Shown: piece after piece, positions 12,597 to 24,288 of the stretch
Layout of the letters: each line of letters opens with the position of its first letter
Position numbering within the stretch: the first letter of the stretch is position 1
Source: Schizochytrium sp. TIO01
Lineage: Eukaryota; Protista; Bigyra: Labyrinthulomycetes
Direction of reading: 5' to 3'
Assembly (NCBI GenBank): GCA_004764695.1
Contig: SMSO01000007.1
Span: 248,001 to 312,000 of the forward strand
DNA length: 64,000 bases
Program-made: the position numbers and the translations under genes
Notes under the pieces: model-generated
The model's database searches: none
Told to the model about the DNA's origin: nothing
Seen by the model: the letters and a program-made list of their open reading frames with translations, nothing else

Positions 12597-14162
12597 ATGC
12601 AAGCGCCCCGAATTCGTCTCGCGCGCCTGCACAGTAATAACAATGATATAGAAAATGGAGATCGTAGCGCTGAAAAACGCGCCAAGATGGCGAAAGCGAG
12701 AGCCAGGAGACGTACGCGGCTCTCTGCTGTTTTGGGTATGCGTAAACCAAGCGTGACAATGGTCTCGTTGTCTAACTTACGCAGAAAACTCAATGATGAC
12801 GACGATGCTGACCCAGATGTGCAGGTGTTTGATTTGATGCAAGAAAAAATCAAAATGAAGGCCTTCCGTAAACGCATGCATTGGAAATGGCGTAATTGGT
12901 GCGATGAAAAGGGGTTTCCACAAGAGATTAGCCTGGAAGAATATGCCGAAAGACGTGAAAAAGATCCAGAGAAGTTTGCCGAGGAATATCCAAGCATATT
13001 GTGGCAAGAGGAGCGAACAAAACGGATCGAGAGGGAAGCATTAGAAAAACAAAGGCAAGAAGAGAAAGAAGCTCGTAGGCTTTTCGCAGAAGAAGCGATT
13101 CGTCGACAGAAGCTTGATGCGCACTCAGAGAAAATGAGGTTGTACATTAAGCGACACAATCACTTGTTTGACATTGAAGATCAGCGTGTTGTTGATCAGA
13201 TGGTCAAAGATAAAGAAAGAGTACTACGTCTAGAAGAATTCGAGAATGCGCGACATGCAAACGAAGTCCGTGACCGTCTGGCAAAAGAAGCAAAGGAAAA
13301 ACAAGAGGCCGAGGAAAAGCTAGCTTGGGAACGTGAAAAAGAGGAGGTACGGCTGGAAAACATCAGACGAGACAACGAGCGGATAGATCAAGAACTCACA
13401 GATCGGGTCCAAGCTATTATGATTAGCTCAGGAACAACCGAGGGCAAAAAGAGAACCAAACGCCCTTTTCGCAGTCCTGAAAGTATTACAGTACGCTTTG
13501 TGGGTGAGGTAGACAGCTTCGATGCAGGGCTTCTTCAATACAATATATTTCCACTAGCTGACTACCTTAAACGTTTTCCACGAGCAAAAGATGCCTCGAA
13601 GCAGTTTCCGCACTTGTTTCTTACTACAACTACAAAGGTGATTGGTCACCAACTTGGTGCTGAAGGAACACGAGCTCTAGCTCGTGCTCTATCAGCCGGG
13701 GCATTTCCACGCATGCAGAGATTACGCTTGAACTGGTGTGCTATGGAATTTGCGGGGTGCAATGCTCTTGCCAAGGCAATCAACACAGGTCAATGCGCCT
13801 ATCTTGTAAAGTTGTCGCTTCGAGGAAATGCTCTCGGCTGCGGTAGTGTCAAAGCGCTTGCTGAAGCACTCGAGAAAGAGAACGTTGCCCCAAAATTAAC
13901 AACAATCGACCTTGCGAAGAATCGAATTGCATGCGATGGTGCCAAAGCGATTGCTCATCTGTTGCTGAATCCTGTTGCTGCTTATGCTCTCGCCTCGATT
14001 GATTTAGACTCAAATCAGGTTTGTGAGCTTGGTGCACATGCACTTGCAAGAGCTGCTCGGGTACGTACTCAAGTAGCAGAAATTCGACTGACCAGCAATC
14101 GAATCCCACGGAAAGATATGCAAAAGCTTCGTAATCTTATTCCAATATCTCTCAAGATATGA
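12597..14162 (+). CDS. Coiled-coil + ribonuclease-inhibitor-like leucine-rich repeat protein
   Basis: 521 aa; E/R/K-rich helical N-half; RI-type LRRs (LRLNWCAMEFAGCNALAKA, LSLRGNALGCGSVKALAEAL, IDLAKNRIACDGAKAIA, IDLDSNQVCELGAHALA). Confidence 0.88.
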   Translation: MQAPRIRLARLHSNNNDIENGDRSAEKRAKMAKARARRRTRLSAVLGMRKPSVTMVSLSNLRRKLNDDDDADPDVQVFDLMQEKIKMKAFRKRMHWKWRNWCDEKGFPQEISLEEYAERREKDPEKFAEEYPSILWQEERTKRIEREALEKQRQEEKEARRLFAEEAIRRQKLDAHSEKMRLYIKRHNHLFDIEDQRVVDQMVKDKERVLRLEEFENARHANEVRDRLAKEAKEKQEAEEKLAWEREKEEVRLENIRRDNERIDQELTDRVQAIMISSGTTEGKKRTKRPFRSPESITVRFVGEVDSFDAGLLQYNIFPLADYLKRFPRAKDASKQFPHLFLTTTTKVIGHQLGAEGTRALARALSAGAFPRMQRLRLNWCAMEFAGCNALAKAINTGQCAYLVKLSLRGNALGCGSVKALAEALEKENVAPKLTTIDLAKNRIACDGAKAIAHLLLNPVAAYALASIDLDSNQVCELGAHALARAARVRTQVAEIRLTSNRIPRKDMQKLRNLIPISLKI

Positions 14163-15260
14163 TTCGATCGCATATCTGCAAATCATCAGATGAATTTAGC
14201 ACCAGCCTTCTCTATAATACTACCACTAATATACGTTTTAGGTACTGAGAAACCCAACATTTTATTCACAAGCGATAGTGGGAAGCTTTTAAAGAAGTTC
14301 TTGCTTGAAGGAAGGCTAGGTGATATTTTAAAATTTGTTATTTTCGTTCCACAGAAATTTATAATGTAATTTAAAGTGTAAAAGTAAGCGCAAATATTCT
14401 CACAAAATTCAATTCGTAACTGTTTGGCATTTAGTATCAGCTCTCCCTTTTTCTCACAACAGAAATTGCGTGCGAACTGAAGCCGGTGTTCTTTATTTCA
14501 CGGACTTTGTTCAGAGAGGGGGGAGAGCGAAAGTCACAGACGAGTTTGAGCTTAATGAAATTCATTGTTTGTATCTGCGAGTTTTCAGGCTGTAACGTGC
14601 TCTGAATCTATATCATGAGTCTTGGTGCGTCACATTTGAAAAATAAAAAAAAACGGGTGGTATCTTTTTGCTGTTTTGACCGACACAAATATGTAAGAAG
14701 TATTTTTGAATACATTTTTCAGTAAGAGCTGATTGTTGATGGAGTTGCATGAGGTAGTTCTATTCCTCTATGTGACAAGCATCGACAATCAACACGTATA
14801 GCATTTATCGTAAAGTAGAAACACAACCAGCGATCTGGCCAAAGTAATATACTAGTTGGAAACGCACCCAGAGAAGAGGCAGAGACATCTTACCAACTGA
14901 TCTCGTTTTCTGGCCGAGAGCTACTATTGTTACATCCAACGTAAGACGAAATGGAAACTTCACCACTGTGCAATGATTGTTTCTGGGAAGAGCTAGGCTT
15001 CTGTGATTGGTGGGGAAAGTACAGAGTTGACCAAGGTACTCATAATGACTGTGCCTAAAGACAGCTGAACATGGCCAAGGAAAGGCGCTTCAACAACCAT
15101 AGCGAGGCAATGCAACACTCTTTTTAAAGAAAGGAGAGACTACCTCCGGTTTGGCGACTGAACCTAGTTTGTCTGAAGGGAGGCAGGAGGGTCACTGGCT
15201 GTAAAAACCAGCATAAATCATGTGCATGAAACCGTAGTAGGGTGTTGTTCCTGCTGAAAA

Positions 15261-16613
15261 TTAAATAGCAAACTGTCGTGCTTGTAGGAGCTTACAAGTG
15301 GCTGGAATATCTTGCATAGACACACCTGAGTTGATGTTGAGCTTGTAACACCCACATAAGTTTACGTAGCGCAGTCTTGGGATAGCGCGAAGGGAAAGTT
15401 CCTCCAGATCGACCAGGAGACTTAGATCTAGGACTTGAAGGTTGCGAACCTCCTCAATGTGAATTTCTTGAAGACGGTCACACGAACCCACATCAAGCTT
15501 GCAAAGCTCTGGACATCGTGCAATTTTTACACTTGTAAGGGCTGCACATGCTTCGAGGTCAATTTCTTGCAAGAAGGGTAAGTCTGTGAGCTCAAGAGTT
15601 GTAGCAAGTCCATTCGGCGTACAGCTACCAGAAAGCCAGATACGGCGCAGCAGAGGGGTATACCGTGTCAGAAACTTGAGTTGGCTGAAGTCAAGCCAGT
15701 AATTAAACCGGAGATCCAGGGCCTTGAGTTGGGTGAGCGGCTTGAGTTGGTTTTCAACCTCTTCTGGCGTGCGCCGCACACGCACTCGTTCAAGACGGCA
15801 TGAACGGAGGCTAAGAACTTCAAGTGGGCGGGTAGAGGCCAACTCGAAAACGTCAAGTAACGGGCATTCGAAGAGTTCAAGGTTCTTCAGAGACTCACAG
15901 GTTTCCATTAACGTACGGACGAGTTTTCTTCCCATGTCTATTGAGTTACCGAGCTGTAATGACTTCAAGTTCTTGCCTTGCTGCTGAATAATCTTCGTAA
16001 GGAGGGTTTCGCCACAGACAATCATTCCGCTAAGCTCAAGTGCCTCGAGCGGCGGGTTCGCCTGAAGGACAGCTTTCGCAGCTTCCTCTCCAAACATAAT
16101 GCCTTGAAGACGAATTTCGCGCAAATTCACACAAGACGCAAGAGCTCCAGCCAAGGTAGCCTCAGAAATGCTCCTACATTCCCTCAAAGAAAGCGCTTTT
16201 AACCTTGGCGCTAGTTCTGAAATACGTGTCCAAGCCGTGGGACTGATGGCCATTCTCGCGGAAATTTCTGTGACCTGCTCATCGCAGACTCGCTGAAGAG
16301 TTCTGCATGTGCACCTTGCCGCCTCTACATCTTTCCATGTAGTTTGAGCGAGAATTCTTTCCAAAACGCTCTCTGGCAATCTTAATAAAGCACACGACTC
16401 CATGTTGCCACCACGTTTCGCCACATTCTCAAAACTTCTGCGCCTGAGTTGAGTTTGTTGTTGATTTTGTTGAAGGCGCTGAGCCTGATAACTGTTCTGG
16501 TGTTGAGTCTGGCGTTGGATCTGTTGCTGTTGATCCTGCAGTTGGATTCCGACGGAGCCCTGCGCAGAATTCAGGCCTTCAGGCGGTGGTGTCTGGTGTA
16601 CTAAGAGTGCCAT
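15261..16613 (-). CDS. F-box/LRR-repeat (FBXL-type) protein with Gln-rich N-terminus
   Basis: F-box LLRLPESVLERILAQ...DVEAARCTCRTL followed by cysteine-containing LRRs; first ATG (MALLVH) at 16613, while the ORF track starts at a TTG at 16787. Confidence 0.88.
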   Translation of the reverse strand: MALLVHQTPPPEGLNSAQGSVGIQLQDQQQQIQRQTQHQNSYQAQRLQQNQQQTQLRRRSFENVAKRGGNMESCALLRLPESVLERILAQTTWKDVEAARCTCRTLQRVCDEQVTEISARMAISPTAWTRISELAPRLKALSLRECRSISEATLAGALASCVNLREIRLQGIMFGEEAAKAVLQANPPLEALELSGMIVCGETLLTKIIQQQGKNLKSLQLGNSIDMGRKLVRTLMETCESLKNLELFECPLLDVFELASTRPLEVLSLRSCRLERVRVRRTPEEVENQLKPLTQLKALDLRFNYWLDFSQLKFLTRYTPLLRRIWLSGSCTPNGLATTLELTDLPFLQEIDLEACAALTSVKIARCPELCKLDVGSCDRLQEIHIEEVRNLQVLDLSLLVDLEELSLRAIPRLRYVNLCGCYKLNINSGVSMQDIPATCKLLQARQFAI

Positions 16614-16848
16614 GTCTGACCAATTTGGATTTGCCGCCGCTGTCGGTGGAGCGAGCAGTGGGCAAAGGGCTTCCCACGCAATAAACAGCCCCCTCTGCTC
16701 CGCGAAGTTTCCGCGGGGCCTGGTCTCGCGTTTCTCCGGTGGATGCGCGGTCCGAAGTGATGGACAATCGCCGCTGACCCCAGGCAAATTAAGGAATTGC
16801 CTTCAACACCTTCCTTTCAGAGCTTTCATTGAGTACTCTTATGCCAAG

Positions 16849-16902
<54 letters not shown>
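16849..16902. repeat. Poly(dA) homopolymer, 54 nt
   Basis: Uninterrupted A run, ~235 bp upstream of the F-box gene ATG. Confidence 0.95.
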
Positions 16903-16907
<5 letters not shown>

Positions 16908-18573
16908 AGTGGGCATCGGCTTCTACACAGAATTCTAAAGCACCAAACATCACTCAGAACGACATTTTTACATCAATGAATCAATGAACCAACCACATCA
17001 GTTTGAGGTGTTTCCCGCATACAGATTCCACGCCCGCAGCTTTCAAGCTCGATGGTTGTTTTCATAGAGTCCAAAGTTGGTTTCTTCAACTTCGCTGTGG
17101 TTGATTGATGATTACCGCTAGTGAACTCAAACTAATATTCGATAAATTGTTTTCGCAAAAAATAAACAAAGAAAGACCACCAAGAAGAAGCTTGCGTTGA
17201 AGTAGACGACGCCTGTCAGATCAAAGAAGTGGGTGGACGAAAATCGAGACGAATGCGACGCAGAGGCGATATGCACGAAAGCTCCATGCTCGGTAACCTC
17301 GTGCCGCGAGAATCCAGCTTATATAGCCGCCAAACCTCTATATTGCTCTCCTGTATAACCCACTTGTGCTCTGTATACTCTACTTATGAGGCCACCACAT
17401 AATGGATTATACAGACGTTCTTCACGAATTCCGCAGCTGGTTCAAAGGTGCTTCCGCAACACAGCTGCGGGAAGCACGGAGTCGGAGTTGTCCCGCAGTA
17501 GCTGCCAAGGTGTGGAGGGAAGCTCAGGTTCCTGAGGTAGAAGAGCATTGAGAGCTGTGAAGCTGCGAAAGCTGTTTGGCGGCTTCCTTGCTTTCAATTC
17601 TTGATCTGCTTCTTCATGTGTGGTGGCAAGCCTCACCACAAAAGTTACCGCAAAGATCGGCCCACGCCATCGGACGCGCCACCCATCTCGGCCGAGTCGC
17701 CCCCAGAGTCGATCTTCCCCACGCTCTTCTCTCGTTTAAGCTACTTTTGATTGCCGCATGGCCTCAAGACATCACTCACTTGTTTGGACATATTTCTGTG
17801 CAAGATTAGGACGTCTTCTTTAAGCACCTACCTAGGTGGCATACGGAGAAGCGCAATCGTCGCTATCGAAGAGTCAATCAACTTGTATCATTCAAGGCTT
17901 GATCACTTTGGGCACCCACCTCGTGACTTGACTTGAGGACTTCTTGGAATAAGTTACCTGCCTCTAGCTAGGTACCTTGTAGGTAAAAAAGCACATCGAT
18001 TCGAACCGAAACAAATTCTAGCCAGCCAACAGCCAGGTGCTGCTCTACTTTCCCGTTCGCATGCTTCCTGGCCATCGCCATCCTGATCGCCGCAAACTTC
18101 AACTTCTAGCTGGCTGGTTGGTTCCCCAGCCGTCCCTTTGCAATATCTGTTCTCAGATCCATTCGGGGTTAGCAGCTTATCGATTTGGCTCGCTCCCAGG
18201 CCTCCAGCTGGCTGCCATGATGCGCTCTGATGACCTTCTCCAACCTCAAGACGAAGGCAGACCCAGCTTGCCGTATTCGGTTTCTCGTTGGCGAGAACAA
18301 TGCGCTGCGAGCTCCGAGTCCACGCTGGCCTCGAGGTCCGCGAATCCCCGGAGATCTACTAGCTATCAGGAGCTCGAAGGCCGCGCTCACTCAAAAGGCA
18401 CACAACCTGCACCTGACCGTTTGGACTCTGAGAGGTTGAGATCCCAAGGGGTCACCAGGCCTCGCGGCTTCCTGCCAGCGCGCACCCAGCTCTTGTCGTT
18501 TTCCATGCCGGTCTCTTCGGCGTCATCGTGCGTACATCTTCATCTCAAATCAGAGTTTGAAGTACGATTTCAG

Positions 18574-18662
18574 ATTTGAATTTGCAATTTGAGTTTGCAA
18601 ATTGCAAATTTGAATTTGAATTTGAATTTGCGAATTTGAATTTGAATTTGAATTTGCATTTG
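18574..18662. repeat. (TTTGAA/TTTGCA)n microsatellite
   Basis: Directly visible hexamer repeat. Confidence 0.9.
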
Positions 18663-20404
18663 ATATACGTAACACTACTGTTTATTTTATTTTTGAATTA
18701 AAAATTAATTTTTAAACTAGTAAGCCTTCAGTCAGAACTCGATCGGGACTCGCGTGCACAACAAGAAGAACTTAAGGCCAGTCGCATCCGTGGATTGCCG
18801 CTGTTGCCGCTGCTGTTGAGTTGTGGACCAAGTTGTGGTGGCGGTGGTGGTGGTCTTATTGGATGTTTTCAATCATGCACGAATGCTGTCAGCTAGCCAG
18901 CTTCCTCTCAGGTGCTTCCAGCACAGACTGTAACAACACAGTGGCACTGGCTCGCCAAGTACCTTCTACCAGCATGTGCTGCGCAAGGATGGTGCTCTCA
19001 TCTACACAGGGCTCAACATTTTGGCGACAGACTGACCGCATCGTCCAAGCTCGTTTGCCTTAGGTAGCTTGTTTGCTTGCTTCTCGGTGCATGGGATTAG
19101 CTCGCACTCAGGTTCCCCGTCAATGGATGCCAACATGGGCTTTGAAGATAACACATACGTAGACTTGAAGAAGAAGAGGCACACTCGACTTGGTGTGGCG
19201 TAGCTTGACTCGGAATGGGCGAGGGATGTCGCCATTGTTCTAGTACTTAGTACTTACTACCTAGAAACGTTGTTCTATCTAGTTATAATTCTACTAGGCG
19301 TACCTATGCGTTGTATAATCAAGAGCGCAAGCAGAGACACGGCAATTTTCCTTGCAAACTTGCTCTTGTCTTAGACTGTGTGCTGACTTGTGTCCCGCTC
19401 AAGCCTCAAGTGCATTATAGGGGGTTTCAGTCGTATGATCAGTTTTTTTGTTTATCTAAGCCATCAACAACACAGCTAGCCAATCGTTTAGCGTCGCTGC
19501 CTGTTTGCTAATAGCAATTACTTTGTCGCAAATAACAAATACACTCGGCATCTAAATCTTGACTGATAAAACCATGTCTATATATTTATTTATATTTTTC
19601 TAAATTGAAATTAGAAAAAGGCATGGAAAATTGTGCTCTTTATAACTATTCATAAAATTGTCACACTAACCTTAATCCATGCAGTTTCGCACGAAGTATT
19701 TTCATCCAAATTTGAGCTGGGCGGTACCCCTATGAGAGTTGAAAGATCTTTATTTTCGCTTGGAATACTCAATGGCTAAGTGACCTCTATATGTAGTATT
19801 ACATATATAAGTGATGGCAGTAAACTACTCCTATCATCCATGCTTCCACTGGGCAGAGAAACTCAAAGCCAAAATCGCTCTCATACCAGTACACTTTTTA
19901 TGTATTCTTAACTACTATTACACAAATGAGCACTCGCTGATCTAGATATTTATTAACTGGGCTATGCATTTAGGCTTTGAGCACGGCCAATGCCTTGCAT
20001 AACTTAATTTTTTAAAACATACGTATGAATCTTTGCCAGTTGGATGTAATTGACAAATCTGAAATCAGAAGAATCGATCATCCTCATATGGGCGAGATGA
20101 AGCTTCGCAAGAAGGCTGCCAATTCAAAGGCAAATAAATGCTCGATCGTGCCTTCTCTACGGCACACTGTTTTGCCATGTCTTGACAAGCTCTCTAATTA
20201 CGCGAAGAGGAGAACGGGGATACTTTGGAGAAGCCCTCGATTAATTCTTTAAACATGAAACCAATTAGTTCAGGGATCCACATACTACTCTTTTGGGCCG
20301 CACGTGATTTATTGGCTCATTGCCCCGATTACAGCGTCCAAATCATGATATTTAGGACGATCAGGAGTTAAAGATACGGTTTAATTATAGCAACATGCAT
20401 GCAA

Positions 20405-22680
20405 TTAATTGTGTTGAGAAGCAGCTTTGCATGTTTCATGTCCATCCTTTGCAAGAGAAATAGAATTGCTTAAAATTATGCTCGACATTCGATTATATGA
20501 AAGCAGCAACGAAAAGCTTATGCTTGAATTATTCGTGAACGGCAGTCTGGTTTGAGTAGAGAGTTTGTAGTGGCTAAAAGCAGCAGATGCGGAGTCTTGG
20601 GTGGGTGTTTTCGGCTGACCTAGAAGCAGCCGTGATATAACATCTGTTATTGACAAAGCATCGACTTCTAAGCATGAATAATTGAACAGGATATGAGCCT
20701 ATCGCAAACTCCTTAGCAATTCATTGGTTACTATCGAAGTATAACAGCTATGTGTCAGACAGAAGACCAAAGCCTAGACTTGGACATCGGACCTTGTCAG
20801 AAGACCCTGAACGTCAATGCTAACCATTTTTTTCCTTCATCTCTCTACCTGCGCTATCTCTCGGTGATCGCCTCATGCACTGATTTCTTTGAATTTGTGA
20901 TGGGGAAGTTAGCAAAAGGTGTAATACAGATATTCTAATTTAATTCTGAGCGTGCCAGGAGATGATTCTGGTCAGCTTGAGGTTGACTGTAAAGATGAAG
21001 GTAAGTAGCTTGATGAAGGCTTTAGGAAGGCTGATTTAAGAGTTAGCGAACTGTTGTCATGGAGAATGAATCCCAGGACAGATTGATTACGGAGGTTAAG
21101 GCATTCTTGAAAGGTGTTGAGATAATTGATGGGGTTGGGTTAATTCATCCTCTACAACCATTGATTCAAGCTACACCATGCTGTAGGTAATGTGTATTCA
21201 CACTTCTGGTTCTTGATCCCGGCAGCCACATGAATCTGGCTACCTACTCTTGCTCTATTGTAAGGCTTATGTCTAGTAGGGTTTCATAAAGGGACGCCAA
21301 GAACTCTAGCAATGTCTTGTCCACTAGTTCCTTGGATTGGAGATCTCAGCAGAGCGAAACTTACTATTATCTTTCAATTGTGATTGGTATAAATTTTATA
21401 TCACACCCTTGCTTAACCTGCTGATCTTCAGGACAATGTTGCACTGGTATACTTACTACTTAGTAGTGACGAGCATGTTGTTAGGTTCAATCATTTTCGT
21501 CTGGAAAGTAAATCTGAGAGTGATTACTCCTCAAATTTAAGCGTTGAAGATTTGTTGCTAGGTATATTGGGATATCTAACCTCTAGATATTCACTTCAGT
21601 GCTGCTTCCAGAGGTTTACCTGAATTTCACTGTATTGCCGTGTCATTTTTGCCGTAGACCATGTGTGCTTTAAATTGGAATAAACAATCCCTTATTGAAG
21701 CAGATTGAATAGCATGCTTAAATAGCGCCAAATCTAATGCTAGAGTTTTCAGGATGGGTGTACATTCCGAGCTCTAACTCGCCACAGAGTTTTGCTATTA
21801 CTTTCTGGCCGTTTGCACATCGTGGTTCCAGCCAACTTTGATTTCGTCGGCTCATCATGTAACTTTTTGATTTAACATTATCAAGTCACGCCTGTGACGA
21901 TCGGTACCTTCTTCAGCATATATACATAAACAGCAAGTAACTCTCGCTTGATTCCACTTTTACTGGTAATACAAAAGCTGCTGGAAAGTATTGCAGGAAA
22001 TTTAACTCATCTTGAAGCAAAACTATGTCCAACATAATGAAGGGTATAAATCAACGACTCGGATGATCTAAACTAAGCACAGGAATGGTAGGCTTGTGAG
22101 CTGCAGAGCTATTCCCAGCGATAATGTCTTGAATGAAGTAAATGCAACCCTCGTTAGTGTACGTGTGCTACAAAAAGTATTCCCATGCCTCAGGTCTTTA
22201 TCAACACCTCCGAAATAAAAAGACCCCAGAAGTAGTTCCAATGCAGCTAGTGAGCAGTGCAAGGCCCTCGCGTTTGCTTGTTCTTTGGCTTGTTGCTAAC
22301 GAAGACGGAATAATCGCTGCTTCCACGAGGCTCAGGAAGTTCACTCCTCTAACAACAAGTCGTTTGCCTCACTTTTCGAAGGCTAGTGATGTCAAATTGT
22401 GTCAACTCCCGCAAACTACTAGGTTACCTACCTACAATTTTCTCTTAATCAAGCTTTGTGAATTAGACTCCAACTCTGTCTACCGTCCAACAGTGCAGAA
22501 CTTTGAAGGTGCTGCCCAGCTGAGCGGAAGAGAAGTTTCTCATTTCAGAGTTCTTCAGAGTTCGACCACGCTCCAGGACCCCAAGCCTTGCCAGAGATCT
22601 CTAGTGGAGCAAACCGGCCAGCAATTCCGCAATTGCTCACCGTCAATCATCAAATCCTCAAGCTCCAGTAGAGTTTGATC
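20405..22680 (-). pseudogene. Possible decayed F-box/LRR gene
   Basis: Manual minus-strand translation gives QTLLELEDLMIDGEQLRNCWPVCSTRDLW (F-box-like), *HNLTSLAFEK*, DKTLLEFLASLYETLLDISL and SVINLSWD (LRR-like), interrupted by many stops; boundaries approximate. Confidence 0.3.
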
Positions 22681-23548
22681 GACGTGATACTCGATAGGTA
22701 GATAGATTCATGAGCGAGCTCCAAGCAGCCAAAGAACCAACCTGAATTAACGAAGCGGTTATTGTGTGTCGCAAAGAAGAATACATGCTCTCGCCAGGAG
22801 AATCGGAAGGAGCCCCCACCTCGGTTTTAGAGGACCAAAGGATGGCTTGACTGGGACACTACTTAATATATTTAATTGTTTTATAGTTTTTTAAAGTTTT
22901 TTTTTAAGTTTTTTAATAACCCTGAAAACACCATCACGATCATCCGCCTCGAAAATGTATTACTTACCTATCAAATCATCAATCGCCTGTCGCAAACGAG
23001 ATCTCCAGGCGCACAAGAACGGCGTTCTTGAGGTCCCAAGTTTCGCTTCCGCTCGCTGACAGGAGGAGCTCCGGAGGTTTCTGGTCAAAGGTCGGTCTTG
23101 GGCTGATTTTTGTTTCCCGTTTCTCCGTTTTCTCTTGGTCCTGTTTGGTCATGTCTACCTCGCAGCGGCCTTTGCCTGAATGCAATTCGCTAAACCTGAA
23201 GCACAACCCATGAACGTAGACACCTCTGCCTGCGTACCTGCGTGCCTGCGTGGGCGCGCCCATAGCCATATGCACAGCCCCGTCTGCGCCAGTTACATGC
23301 TCCGCGGTCAAATGGCAATCAATCAATCAATCAATACATTAGTTACTCAGTACATCAATGACTCAGTACTTCAACAAATCAGTACATCAATCAATACAAA
23401 AACCAATACAAAAAACCAATACAAAAGCCAGTACATCAATCAGTCAATACATCAATCCTCGCTGGTTCTGTAGTCCCTAACGCATTGCTCGAGTTCTAAA
23501 CCCGAGTTCTGAGATCTGGCTCAACCCGACTTTCATCCAAAGCAAAGT

Positions 23549-23772
23549 TCAAGATTGATCCAAAGCTCAATCTTCTTTGGATCAATCTTGATCTTAAATT
23601 CTTCTTCTTCTTCGATCATGTCTTCTTTGGATCAATCTTGATCTTAAATTCTTCTTCTTCTTCGATCATGTCTTCTTCAATCGTGTCTTCTTCAATCGTG
23701 TCTTCTTCACTCATGTCTTCTTCACTCATGTCTTCTTCACTCATGTCTTCTTCAATCGTGTCTTCTTCAATC
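23549..23772. repeat. Composite repeat: 17-bp perfect inverted repeat + exact 50-bp tandem duplication + 15-bp minisatellite
   Basis: tcaagattgatccaaag (23549-23565) / ctttggatcaatcttga (23575-23591); 23571-23620 = 23621-23670; then ~7 x TCTTCTTCA(ATCG/CTCA)TG. Confidence 0.9.
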
Positions 23773-24217
23773 TCTCTCGTCGCAGGCCATGGCCTCGAAA
23801 GAGTGCTCCATAAAGAGATCCTCCAAATTACATTATTTTGCTTTTGATTGCTTGCTTGCTTTGGACTGCCCACGCACCCATGAGCCCATCCACTCACTCA
23901 TCAGTGCATGCATTCGCAAGTCGACCTCCACGTTCTCGAGGCCCTTGTCACGGTCCTGGACTGCGAAGGCGGGCAGTGTAAATCGCGGCTGCTTGGACGC
24001 CATCCTTAAGTTTCGCGGAGGCGAGTTCACCGTTGACCTCTTCAGGGAAGCCAAGAGATCCCGACCCGCATGATAGGAAGGACAAGCCTGCTCAGCGGCA
24101 CTGCTAGCGCGAGCGAGGCAGTTCTAGGATTTTGGGTAGAAGGCCCCTCGCGAGCCTTCCTCCAAGTCAAGAAAGAAGGAGCTTTTAATTGATTTACAAA
24201 AGTTTATGATCGATCGA

Positions 24218-24233
24218 TCGATTGATTGATTGG

Positions 24234-24270
<37 letters not shown>

Positions 24271-24288
24271 GATGATGATGATGATGAT
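24218..24288. repeat. (GATT)n followed by (GAT)n microsatellite
   Basis: Directly visible. Confidence 0.9.

Noticed and set aside
12319-12651. 110-aa ORF overlapping the LRR gene start (possible frameshifted N-terminus)
   Set aside because: No recognisable motif, slippery site or clear splice pair; cannot be distinguished from a chance uORF
16612-16938. ORF with poly-Lys tract
   Set aside because: Artefact of translating the poly(A) run antisense to the F-box 5' region
18037-18579. 180-aa + strand ORF
   Set aside because: GTG start, no domain-like content, runs into a microsatellite
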